From: Chitinophagaceae bacterium
GTDB taxonomy: Bacteria; Bacteroidota; Bacteroidia; Chitinophagales; Chitinophagaceae
NCBI GenBank assembly: GCA_028288585.1
Contig: JAQBNL010000021.1
Location: 9,221-73,220, forward strand
Length of the DNA: 64,000 nucleotides
Reading direction: 5' to 3'
Shown piece after piece: positions 19,637 to 28,800 of this stretch. Made by a program: the position numbers and the translations under genes. Each line of letters begins with the position of its first letter. Within the stretch, counting starts at the first letter, position 1. Below the pieces are notes generated by a model. That model ran no database searches, was not told the DNA's origin, and was given only the letters and a program-made list of their open reading frames with translations.

Positions 19637-20554
19637 TTAGATCTGGAAAGGACTTTTTTTTACATAAAAAGATATGAATTTGTCACCTGTCTTTAGCCAT
19701 GATATTGTGCTTGAGATTAAATTAAGACCGCCTGGTGTGTGATTTACAATTCCTAAATGTGCTGATTTAGGATTTCTAATATTTTTCATTGGGATAAGCC
19801 ACATTCCTGCACATTTAAATGCTCTGTCAAGAGCTACGACTATTAAATAGTCAGCAGATTTACCGTCAAGATTGTTTAGTCGCCTTGCTTCACTTAGCCG
19901 TCGGCCGCTTTTATAAACCCGTCTCGTTTTGATTTCAAACGTCAAACCGTTTTTATGCCGTGCATCAATACCTTTTTCAGTTTTATTACTGCTGATTTCT
20001 AAATCTAAGTGTCTGCAAGCATAAAACTCTCCGATGTCGCCTACAATTCGTCGGCTTCTTATAATTCCATTTTCTTCAAGTTCAATATAAGCTTTGGCAA
20101 ATTCGCTTATTGCCTTTTTTTCTTTTGTTGGTAATTTGATTTCTGATTTACCAATGACTTCAATACCTGAGTTTAAATATGAAGAAGTAACAAGAATTTT
20201 TCCGTCTTTAATTTTATTAGAGGGAATACGAACAATTTTTATCGGACAATAGTTTCGGTCAAAATATACGATTACTAAATAATGAAAGGAAGTCGTGTCA
20301 AGTTTGCCAATATTGTAATTGAAATTATTATTGGATACAACTTTAGCTTTCACTTGATAGTTATTACCTAATTCACAAACTCCGTCTATAGCTCTTGTTA
20401 CCCGGTCTGACTTTTTAAGCTTGAAATGTCTGCAAGCAACATATTCTCCAATTTCGCCGGTGAAGCTGTCTGTAGTAGTGATGTTTAAGTTAAACAGTTG
20501 GTCACTAAGATCTGCAAACTTGTCAAGCAATTCTTCTTGTCGCTTTGTGAACAT
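19637..20554 (-). CDS. Tandem two-domain PD-(D/E)xK nuclease-like protein (DUF6998-like)
   Basis: Internal duplication: TGEIGEYVACRHFKL..RAIDG..YQVKA and VGDIGEFYACRHLDL..KGIDA..FEIKTR. Confidence 0.7.
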   Translation of the reverse strand: MFTKRQEELLDKFADLSDQLFNLNITTTDSFTGEIGEYVACRHFKLKKSDRVTRAIDGVCELGNNYQVKAKVVSNNNFNYNIGKLDTTSFHYLVIVYFDRNYCPIKIVRIPSNKIKDGKILVTSSYLNSGIEVIGKSEIKLPTKEKKAISEFAKAYIELEENGIIRSRRIVGDIGEFYACRHLDLEISSNKTEKGIDARHKNGLTFEIKTRRVYKSGRRLSEARRLNNLDGKSADYLIVVALDRAFKCAGMWLIPMKNIRNPKSAHLGIVNHTPGGLNLISSTISWLKTGDKFISFYVKKSPFQI

Positions 20555-20703
20555 AGTGATGGTTGTGATAAGCTTACCGCTAATTCGTGAATTTACGAAA
20601 CTCTAATATAATATATTTCGCAAAGGAACTCAAATGAGGTTGATTAAAGAGTAAAATGCTCCCTATATAAATATCACTACCTTGAGTAAAATTTATAACT
20701 GCA

Positions 20704-21639
20704 ATGAAAGAATTCCTTATTAATTACTGGTGGCTGATACTTATAGTATTTGCCTTTTTAGGATGTTTTGTAACGGTTAACCAGGGAACAATTGGTGTGG
20801 TTACCATGTTTGGAAAATACAGGCGTATCATGCTTCCGGGTTTAAATTTCAAACTTCCTTTTTTAGAACAGATCTATAAGAAAATAAGTATTCAAAACCG
20901 TTCTGTTGAACTGGAGTTCCAGGCAATAACGGTTGACCAGGCGAATGTTTATTTTAAAAGCATGCTGCTGTATTCGGTACAAAATGCAAATGAAGAAACC
21001 ATTAAAAAAGTAGCCTTTAAATTCATCAGCGATAAAGACCTTATGCAAAGTCTGGTAAGAACGGTTGAAGGTTCTATCAGGGCTTTTGTTGCCTCAAAAA
21101 GGCAGGCAGAAATTTTAACGCTGAGAAAAGAAATTGTTCTTTTTGTAAAAGAGCAAATTGATTTTGCATTGGAAGAATGGGGTTATCATTTGATAGACCT
21201 GCAGATAAACGACATCACTTTTGATACTGCTATTATAGAAAGTATGAGCCGCGTGGTGGCAAGTAATAATTTAAAAGCTGCCGCTGAAAATGAAGGACAG
21301 GCTTTGCTTATAACAAAAACCAAAGCTGCCGAAGCAGAAGGTAATGCCATAAAAATTGCAGCAGAAGCAGAGAGACAGGCTGCTCAATTGCGTGGACAGG
21401 GTGTTGCATTATTCAGAGAAGAGGTTGCAAAAGGTATGAGCCAGGCTGCTGAACAAATGAAGCAGGCAAACCTTGATACCAACGTTATCCTTTTCAGCAT
21501 GTGGACAGAGGCCATTAAAAACTTTGCTGAGTATGGCAAAGGCAATGTAATATTTTTAGATGGCAGCAGCGATGGCATGGAAAAAACAATGCGCCAAATA
21601 ATGGCTATGCAGCAAATGGGCGATAAAAAAAATATGTAA
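20704..21639 (+). CDS. SPFH/Band 7 domain protein
   Basis: N-terminal TM, FGKY..LPGL.FK.PF, DLQINDI, Ala/Glu-rich coiled coil. Confidence 0.92.
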   Translation: MKEFLINYWWLILIVFAFLGCFVTVNQGTIGVVTMFGKYRRIMLPGLNFKLPFLEQIYKKISIQNRSVELEFQAITVDQANVYFKSMLLYSVQNANEETIKKVAFKFISDKDLMQSLVRTVEGSIRAFVASKRQAEILTLRKEIVLFVKEQIDFALEEWGYHLIDLQINDITFDTAIIESMSRVVASNNLKAAAENEGQALLITKTKAAEAEGNAIKIAAEAERQAAQLRGQGVALFREEVAKGMSQAAEQMKQANLDTNVILFSMWTEAIKNFAEYGKGNVIFLDGSSDGMEKTMRQIMAMQQMGDKKNM

Positions 21640-21663
21640 ATTAAAATTATAAGTCGAATTGTA

Positions 21664-21694
21664 AAGTGCCGTAATATTGCGGCACTTTTCTTTT
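21664..21694 (+). terminator. Intrinsic terminator after the SPFH gene
   Basis: Stem AAAGTGCCG/CGGCACTTT followed by TCTTTT. Confidence 0.8.
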
Positions 21695-21706
21695 TAAAAC
21701 TTTTGT

Positions 21707-22084
21707 ATGAATTATTTTAAGCAGGATAAACCATTTGTTGTCCCCACCACAGATGGCAAATTAATAGAAGAACATTTTGGTTTGGCAACAACAAAAACTC
21801 CTGAATTAAGTATTGCTCATATGGTTGCACCGCCGGGCTGGAGTGAGCCTCATCAGAACCCTGAATTTGATGAATACACTTTAATAAGCCGCGGCAAAAA
21901 AAAATTTGAAGTAGATGGCGAAGAAATTACTGTATCAGCAGGGCAAAGCATTCTGATAAAAAAAGGAAGCCGCGTTCGTTACTCAAATCCTTTTGATGAA
22001 GAATGCGAATACTGGAGTGTATGTCTTCCTGCTTTTTCTTTGGACCTGGTCCATCGTGAAAATCAGGTGTCAGGCAACTCATAG
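21707..22084 (+). CDS. Cupin domain protein (EutQ-like)
   Basis: APPGWSEPHQNPEFDEYT...VRYSNPF...EYWSVCLPAFS. Confidence 0.85.
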   Translation: MNYFKQDKPFVVPTTDGKLIEEHFGLATTKTPELSIAHMVAPPGWSEPHQNPEFDEYTLISRGKKKFEVDGEEITVSAGQSILIKKGSRVRYSNPFDEECEYWSVCLPAFSLDLVHRENQVSGNS

Positions 22085-22159
22085 TTGTCAGACACCGCGG
22101 CACCTGTTAACAATTACGTTAAAATTATTTTTGCAACTAAGCTTTAATAGATTACTGTT

Positions 22160-22167
22160 TACATTTG
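22160..22167 (+). promoter_or_regulatory. -7 promoter element (TACATTTG) upstream of exbB
   Basis: Exact TAnnTTTG match. Confidence 0.55.
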
Positions 22168-22185
22168 CCCTAAACCAAAATCTCC

Positions 22186-22857
22186 ATGCCATTATTTTTT
22201 CTTCAAACCGATTCTGCTGCAGCCACTTCCTCACCACAAATGCAATCACTTTGGGATATTTTAATGAAGGGTGGTGTGCTTATGATACCTCTTGCGCTGT
22301 TGTTTGTAGCGGCCATTTTCTTTTTTATTGAAAGATTGATTGCCATACGCAAGGCAGGCAAAATAGAAGATAATTTCATGAGCATTATCCGGGATAATAT
22401 TGTAACAGGGAACATTGCCGCAGCCAGGAGTTTTTCAAAAAATAATTCTCATCCTGTTGCAAGGATAATTGACAAAGGCATTCAGCGAATCGGTAAACCC
22501 ATTGATGCCATTGAGAAAAGTATGGACAATGTAGGTGTACTGGAAATGTATAAGATGGAAAAAAATCTTCCCGTGCTTTCTATCATCGCACGAATTGCTC
22601 CTTTATTCGGATTCCTGGGAACCATCGTTGGTATGCTCCAGTTATTTAAAGGTATAGCAGGAAGCAGTGAGTATAATTTCAACACCATTGCTGATGGTAT
22701 TTATGTAAAGATGATAACCTCGGCAACAGGTTTAATCATTGGTATATTAACGTTCATCGCTCATAGCTACCTTACTGCGCAAATAAATCATGTAGAGAAT
22801 AAAATGGATGTTGCCAGCGCAGAATTTATTGACATATTACAGGAGCCAACTAAATAA
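22186..22857 (+). CDS. exbB: MotA/TolQ/ExbB proton channel
   Basis: APLFGFLGTIVGM, GIYVKMITSATGL, three TMs. Confidence 0.9.
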   Translation: MPLFFLQTDSAAATSSPQMQSLWDILMKGGVLMIPLALLFVAAIFFFIERLIAIRKAGKIEDNFMSIIRDNIVTGNIAAARSFSKNNSHPVARIIDKGIQRIGKPIDAIEKSMDNVGVLEMYKMEKNLPVLSIIARIAPLFGFLGTIVGMLQLFKGIAGSSEYNFNTIADGIYVKMITSATGLIIGILTFIAHSYLTAQINHVENKMDVASAEFIDILQEPTK

Positions 22858-22965
22858 TTGTCTGAACCGGGATTTTTGGATTAATGAGATTAATAGGAAA
22901 ATAAAAGTTCTAATGCATCACAGAGATACAACTACAAACCACCAACTACAAACCACAAACTTTAA

Positions 22966-23370
22966 ATGAGTTTAAGAAAAAAATTAAAAGAGCAGCATGC
23001 AGAACTGGATACGGGTCCGTTAAACGATATCTTATTCATCCTCATGTTTTTCTTTTTGATAATTTCCACGCTGGCAAATCCAAATGTTATACGGGTGAGC
23101 AATCCAAAGGCAAAGAGCGATGCAAAAGCGAAGCAAAGCGTAATTGTGAGCATTGATAAGAACAAACAAATTTATGTTGGCCAGCATAAAATTATTTTCG
23201 ACTCTCTTGAAAGTGCATTGAGAAGCCATATACATGTAGGCGACAGTATAAAACCTGCTGTGGTAGTAAATGCAGATTCATTGGTTAGCTGGGGCGATAT
23301 TGTTAGAGTGATGCAGGTAGCAAAAAGATTAGGCGCAACCACATCGGCATCAGTTGCAGGGCAGAAGTAG
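22966..23370 (+). CDS. exbD: ExbD/TolR biopolymer transporter
   Basis: LNDILFILMFFFLI TM with conserved Asp; NAD...V.VM motif. Confidence 0.9.
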   Translation: MSLRKKLKEQHAELDTGPLNDILFILMFFFLIISTLANPNVIRVSNPKAKSDAKAKQSVIVSIDKNKQIYVGQHKIIFDSLESALRSHIHVGDSIKPAVVVNADSLVSWGDIVRVMQVAKRLGATTSASVAGQK

Positions 23371-23402
23371 ATTATGATTTATTGGATTAATGGATTATAG
23401 GA

Positions 23403-23463
23403 TTATTGTTTATATGCTTTGATCATTCTTTCTCTACCATAAATATCTTTTCTGATTTCTGTT
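23403..23463 (-). pseudogene. Orphan second copy of the prmC 3' end (TEIRKDIYGRERMIKAYKQ*)
   Basis: 23419-23463 matches 23536-23580 at 44/45 nt; further differences fall at third codon positions of KAY. Confidence 0.8.
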
Positions 23464-23476
23464 GTAAAATTTTTTT

Positions 23477-23520
23477 GTCTGAACCATGATTTTTGGGATT
23501 ACAGGATTAATAGGATTTTT
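23477..23520. repeat. Half copy of the MITE-like family between the two prmC ends
   Basis: GTCTGAACCATGATTT...GATTAATAGGATTT matches the right arm of the element at 43548-43688. Confidence 0.75.
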
Positions 23521-23522
23521 AA

Positions 23523-24419
23523 TTATTTGTAAGCCTTGATCATTCTTTCTCTGCCATAAATATCTTTTCTGATTTCTGTTTTAAATTCTTTTTGTGCAAA
23601 TATTTGTTGAACCGCACTTGCATAATCTTCATGTACTTCAACAAATATTTCCCCTTTTTTGTTTAAATGTTTCTCAGCAAAGGATCCAATTTTTTTATAG
23701 AAAATAAATGGGTCACCATTAGCAACAAACAAAGCAGCATGTGGTTCATACTCAACAACATTTTTGGCAAGCTTGTTTTTTTCATTTTCAGGAATATAAG
23801 GAGGGTTACTGGTTATAATATTAAATGATGGTAATGATGGCCATAATTTTTCATTCAAAAAATCTAATTGGCTAAAATCAATTTTTACATTTTGATAAGC
23901 GGCGTTTTGCCTGGCAACCTTCAATGCATCTTCGCTCACATCAATTGCAAAAATTGTCGTATCAGGTAATTCTTTTTTTAAAGCAATTGCAATGCATCCG
24001 CTTCCGGTACCAATATCAAGAATTGCGAGTTGTGAATTGCGGGTTGCGGGTTGTACTTTCTTATTTCTAATTTCTAATTTCTTATTTCTTATTTCTTCAA
24101 CAATCCATTCTACCAATTCTTCCGTCTCAGGCCTGGGAATTAGTACATCCTCATTTACTTTTAATTTCATTTTATAAAACCATACTTCTCCTAAAACATA
24201 TTGTACGGGTTTATGTTGTAACAGTTGCTGCAGTGCAATGCTTAACTGTTCTATCGTTGAATTGTTTAATAGCTTTTGCTTATCTATAACTCTGTCTAAT
24301 CTTTTAATACCTGCAATGCTTTCAAAAACCCAGTCAGCAATATTGCCCGATTCTCTTTCATCGTAAATTGACCTTAATCTTTCAACAAAATTTTTATACG
24401 ATCCATCAATTGTCATCAT
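23523..24419 (-). CDS. prmC: Release factor glutamine methyltransferase
   Basis: PVQYVLG, VLIPRPETEEL, LDIGTGSGCIA, SNPPY; carries an in-frame heptamer-repeat insertion. Confidence 0.97.
   Translation of the reverse strand: MMTIDGSYKNFVERLRSIYDERESGNIADWVFESIAGIKRLDRVIDKQKLLNNSTIEQLSIALQQLLQHKPVQYVLGEVWFYKMKLKVNEDVLIPRPETEELVEWIVEEIRNKKLEIRNKKVQPATRNSQLAILDIGTGSGCIAIALKKELPDTTIFAIDVSEDALKVARQNAAYQNVKIDFSQLDFLNEKLWPSLPSFNIITSNPPYIPENEKNKLAKNVVEYEPHAALFVANGDPFIFYKKIGSFAEKHLNKKGEIFVEVHEDYASAVQQIFAQKEFKTEIRKDIYGRERMIKAYK
24023..24098. repeat. Tandem heptamer arrays inside prmC
   Basis: Five TTG(C/T)NNN units (TTGCGAG TTGTGAA TTGCGGG TTGCGGG TTGTACT) followed by six TTTCT(T/A)N units. Confidence 0.8.
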
Positions 24420-24452
24420 TCAAAAATAACAGAAGAAAATTATACACTGCTA

Positions 24453-24524
24453 CTCATTCTCCTTAACCTTCGCAATCAACCTTCTCTCCCAAAGTTTCGG
24501 GATAGGGAAGGGAAAGTGATGAGG
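24453..24524. repeat. REP-like palindromic element upstream of prmC
   Basis: CTCATTCTCCTT...CTTCTCTCCCAAAGTTTCGGGATAGGGAAGGGAAAGTGATGAG; imperfect nested inverted repeat. Confidence 0.5.
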
Positions 24525-24540
24525 TATGCCTATAATTAAG

Positions 24541-24570
24541 AAAACCCCTCCGAATTAACGGAGAGGTTAT
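24541..24570 (-). terminator. Probable terminator after porP/sprF
   Basis: Stem CTCCG/CGGAG extended by AACC/GGTT, followed by a T-run on the minus strand. Confidence 0.6.
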
Positions 24571-24639
24571 TCTCATCCAAACAATCCAAAATTAAGAGTT
24601 CTTACGCGTTAGACACTTTGCAGAACTGGATTGCCGGCT

Positions 24640-25680
24640 TTAAAATCTTGGGCAGCGTGTTTTATCCTGTGATGAATTAAATCTGTTGAAAAAAGTTTGG
24701 TAAGAAATTGATATTTCAAATCCGCCACGGCCATTGCTGGCAGTTTTTAATTGTGATACATTAGCATCGTAACTAACGGATATAGTAACAGGCTTGTATT
24801 CCATTTTGGCCACAGGTATTATAGCATCTTTCCATCTTATGAATGCACCTGCTGAAAAAATATATTTCGGGTCTGTGGGATCATCCAGTTTGTATGAATA
24901 TAATGCTCCGCCAATCGTTTCTGTACTGGTACCCTGTTTAGAATAATCTCCATGAAATGTTACATAAGAATAATCCGTTACTCCCATGCGAAGTCCGGCG
25001 GAAAAAACCCATTTCGGCATGAGTTCTATTTGCTGATTTTGATAAAAAGAAATTTTGTTAGAATGATTAACGTGATGATATGCTGCGCCGATAAAAAGAT
25101 TATCATCTTCGCTTTCGCCAACCTGCGAGTTAAAACTTATCCCAACACTTCCATCAAAATAGGTGTAACCTGAGTTTGGAAAAGTTTCGCCATCATTTAA
25201 AGTACCGTCATAAGATGATCCATTGTACTGGCTGTTAGTTGTCATTTTTGAGCGGTCTATTCTTCTTTGAACAAGGCCACCCATAAAGCCAAGTGACAGG
25301 TACATATTTTTTTCTTCGCTTAAAGATTTGTGGTAATTAACTGTTGGCAAAATATGTGTTGCAGTTAATGCAACAGTTCCGGCTTTATCATATAATATTT
25401 CACCGCCTATACTTAAAAAATCATTTGTGCTTCCTATTGGTAATTTATATTCTGCATTAACAGAGCCTGTTTGATAAGGCACCGTAACGCTGTTCCATTG
25501 CGTGCGATAAACTCCCTGTACTCTTAAGTCGCCTGTAAAAATGCCTGCAAGAGCAGGGTTACGGAGTAATGGTGTTTCAAAAAATTGTGAAAAATGTATA
25601 TCCTGGCAAAATCCCGGAGAAGAAATGGTGAGGGTAATTAATATGTAGAAAAAACCTTTGTGTAAAATGTTTTTCATCAT
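24640..25680 (-). CDS. PorP/SprF family T9SS membrane protein
   Basis: QDIHFSQF...LRNPALAG, YRTQW, SYD.N.S.L...GGFEI; directly downstream of a type-B CTD cargo gene. Likely start 25680. Confidence 0.92.
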   Translation of the reverse strand: MMKNILHKGFFYILITLTISSPGFCQDIHFSQFFETPLLRNPALAGIFTGDLRVQGVYRTQWNSVTVPYQTGSVNAEYKLPIGSTNDFLSIGGEILYDKAGTVALTATHILPTVNYHKSLSEEKNMYLSLGFMGGLVQRRIDRSKMTTNSQYNGSSYDGTLNDGETFPNSGYTYFDGSVGISFNSQVGESEDDNLFIGAAYHHVNHSNKISFYQNQQIELMPKWVFSAGLRMGVTDYSYVTFHGDYSKQGTSTETIGGALYSYKLDDPTDPKYIFSAGAFIRWKDAIIPVAKMEYKPVTISVSYDANVSQLKTASNGRGGFEISISYQTFFNRFNSSQDKTRCPRF

Positions 25681-25842
25681 GTGGATTTTGGATATCAGGA
25701 TAACAAGTGTTATCAAAATATTAAACGCTGAACGGCATATTTTATTTTAAAATAGATATTCTTTTTATTTTATCATTGGTCATTAAGTCAATAGTCATAT
25801 AGTTTAGTTTCAATTTGACTATTGACCAGGTAAAAAGCAAAA

Positions 25843-25860
25843 GGCTGAATAAATTCAGCC
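25843..25860 (-). terminator. Hairpin between the PKD cargo gene and porP/sprF
   Basis: Stem GGCTGAAT/ATTCAGCC followed by TTTTGCTTTTT on the minus strand. Confidence 0.5.
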
Positions 25861-25892
25861 AGTTGCAGTCATTATAAAACCAAGCGTCTTTA

Positions 25893-28800
25893 TTATTGTA
25901 TCAATGCTATATTTCCTTTATAATTTAATATGGTATTATTTTCACACATTATATCAATTGTATAAACAAACACATCGGGATTCAATTTTTTTCCTTTGAA
26001 TGTTCCATCCCATCCTGCTGATGCATCATTTGCATTAAAGTTTGCTTTTTCATATACCACTTCGCCCCAGCGGTTAAATATCCTGAATGTTTTAATGCTG
26101 AATACACCTGTTCCCCGTGGATAAAAAACATCATTTGCCCCGTCGCCATTTGGCGAAAATGTATTGGGTATAAAAACATTTGCATTATTACACAGCACAT
26201 ATACTGTAACCTTATCTCTTGCCCTGCAACCACCGTCATTCGTTACTTCCACTGTATATTCTGTTGTTTGCGGTGGCTTAACGGTTATCCCGGGAAACCT
26301 GTTTCTAAAAATTCCTGATGTTGGTGTCCATACTGTATTGGTAACATCAGTTGAAAGAGTTGGGTCAATGTCAAGTGTTTGGCCAATATTAATTGTTTTA
26401 TCACTGCCGGCATTTACTGTTGGTATTGGATAAACTTTAAGTGGCACAAATGCTGAATCTTTAAAACATCCTTTATCATCTTTACCTACAACCATATAAT
26501 TTGTAGAGGATAAAGGTGTAGCCACAGGATTCGCAATGGCTGCATTACTAAGCCCGGTGGAAGGTGACCATACGTATGTGTTGGCGCCGCTTACAGAAAT
26601 TTGTGCTGATTCCCCTTTACATAAAGTATCGCCGGCGCTAACCCGCATTTTAAAAGGTAGCCTTACTGATAATGTTACACTATCCCATCCAATACATCCG
26701 TTTGTGCTGGTGCCTTTAACTGTGTATTGGATATTGCTATCCGGCCTTGCGACCGGGTTTGCACAATTACTGCATGATAATCCTGTAGTAGGGAACCATG
26801 TGTAAGAAGATGCACCTGTTGCTTTTAAATTTATCGTTTGTCCCAGGCATATAGTTGAATCAGTATTTGCTTTTACTGCAGGTAATGGATATGTCTCGAT
26901 TATTTTGGTTGCTGAATCTTTACATCCACTGCTGTTAGTTGCTATTGCTTTAATTGTATAGGAACCGGCCCCGAAATAAACCTGTGCCTGTGGATTTTGT
27001 TGAGTAGACAAGCTGCCATTTCCAAAATTCCAGTTCCATTTTAAAGACGAAGTATCGGGTGTTAATATTTGCCCTGTAAAATTTATTATAGCGGGTATGC
27101 AAACCCCATTATTTGATGCAATACCAATCTTTGGACTGGCAACAATTTTTATAGGAGTAGGAGCTATTGCAGTATCAGTACAACCTGCATTTGTAGTAAC
27201 TTTTAAAGTAGTATTATAAATTCCTGTTGAGCTATAAGAATGAACAGGGTTTTGCTGAGTAGATGTACTGCCATCTCCGAAGCTCCACAAATAAGTTGTA
27301 ATAATATCATTGCTATTACTATGCTCTGTAAAAGTAACATAACCTGAATCACATAGTGTAGTGGTTGTGCTGCTGAAATCAGCTTTTACGCCATATACTT
27401 TTATTGTATCTGTTCCTACAATTGGAACCTGGCATCCACTTTTATCCACCAAAATCATTTTAGGCAGATAAAATCCCGGATTTGTATAAGTATGTGAAAC
27501 AGCAGAATCAGTTGTTGATGATGTAGCACCATCATTAAAATCCCAGATAAAGGAAATATCGTCCTGGCTTGTACCTATAAAATCGGTTTTTAAAGGATTA
27601 CAGCCTATTATATTAGTATAAGTAAAAGAGCCTTTAGGACCTCTTACAATTATCTGTTTTGTTTTTGTATCAACACAACCATTGTACCCCGTAACAGTTA
27701 ATACAATATTATATGTACCGGGAATGGAATAAAAATGCGTTGGATTATCCAATGAAGAAGAAGTGCCATCACCAAAATTCCACGAACGGCTTACAAAATT
27801 TTTTGAAAGATTTGTAAATGTGATAACCAGCGGCGGACAAGTGCTTACAGTATCGCTCAATGAAAAATCCGCCTTAGGGTCTGCCACTGTTACATAATTA
27901 TTTTTTACAACTTTATCTGTACATCCGTATTCATCTGTTATAGTTAAGCTAATAGGGTATACGCCTTGCGTTGCATACTGATGAACCGGGTTAACTGCAG
28001 TGGATGTAGTTCCATCACCAAAATCCCAGTTATAAGTAAGATTAGGGCCGGTTGATAAATTAGTAAAACTGATTACCTGTAAATGACAAGACATTGTATC
28101 TGCAGAAGCAAAATCTGCTACAGGTTTTGAAATCATTAATGTATTGGTTTGCAGTAAACTGTCAGAACATCCTTTACTATCAATTACTGTAAGCATAACT
28201 GAATAAACTCCCGGGGCAGCATAGGTATGCTGAAATGGCGGTGCGATAAAAGTTTGCGTTATTCCATCACCGAAATTCCATATCCATTTTTGTATCGGGT
28301 ATCCATCGGCCAATGAACTATCAGTAAAAGTTATCGCCTTATTTAAACATATGCCTGGTGTGCTGCTTTTAAATGCTGCTGCAGGGCTGCCTACTCTTAT
28401 TTCTTTTACAATACTATCTATACAACCTGCCATAGCTGTAATCACCAGTGTAACATTATACTTACCCGCATTAGTATAAATATGGTTTACTGTAGAACTG
28501 TCGAAGGCTTCTGTACCATCTCCAAATTTCCAATGGTAAGAAGTTACATTTGCAGTATTCATATTTACGGCATGAAAATTTACACTTGATCCTTTACAAA
28601 TGGCGGTATCACTTGCCACAAAATCTGCTTTTTCAATTCCTATTATTACTGTTTGTGTTTGCTTATGAGAACAACCAGTTTTAAAATTGGTTACAATAAG
28701 GGTAACCTGGTATGTGCCCATGTTAGCATACGTATGAATTGGAGGATTTTGTTGAGTTGAAGTAGCTCCATCTCCAAAATCCCACTGCCATGCATCAGCT

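Noticed and set aside
20590-20602. 13-mer AATTTACGAAACT shared with about 55116-55128
   Set aside because: AT-rich, and on the minus strand both copies sit where a promoter -7-like element is expected; insufficient evidence for a specific operator.
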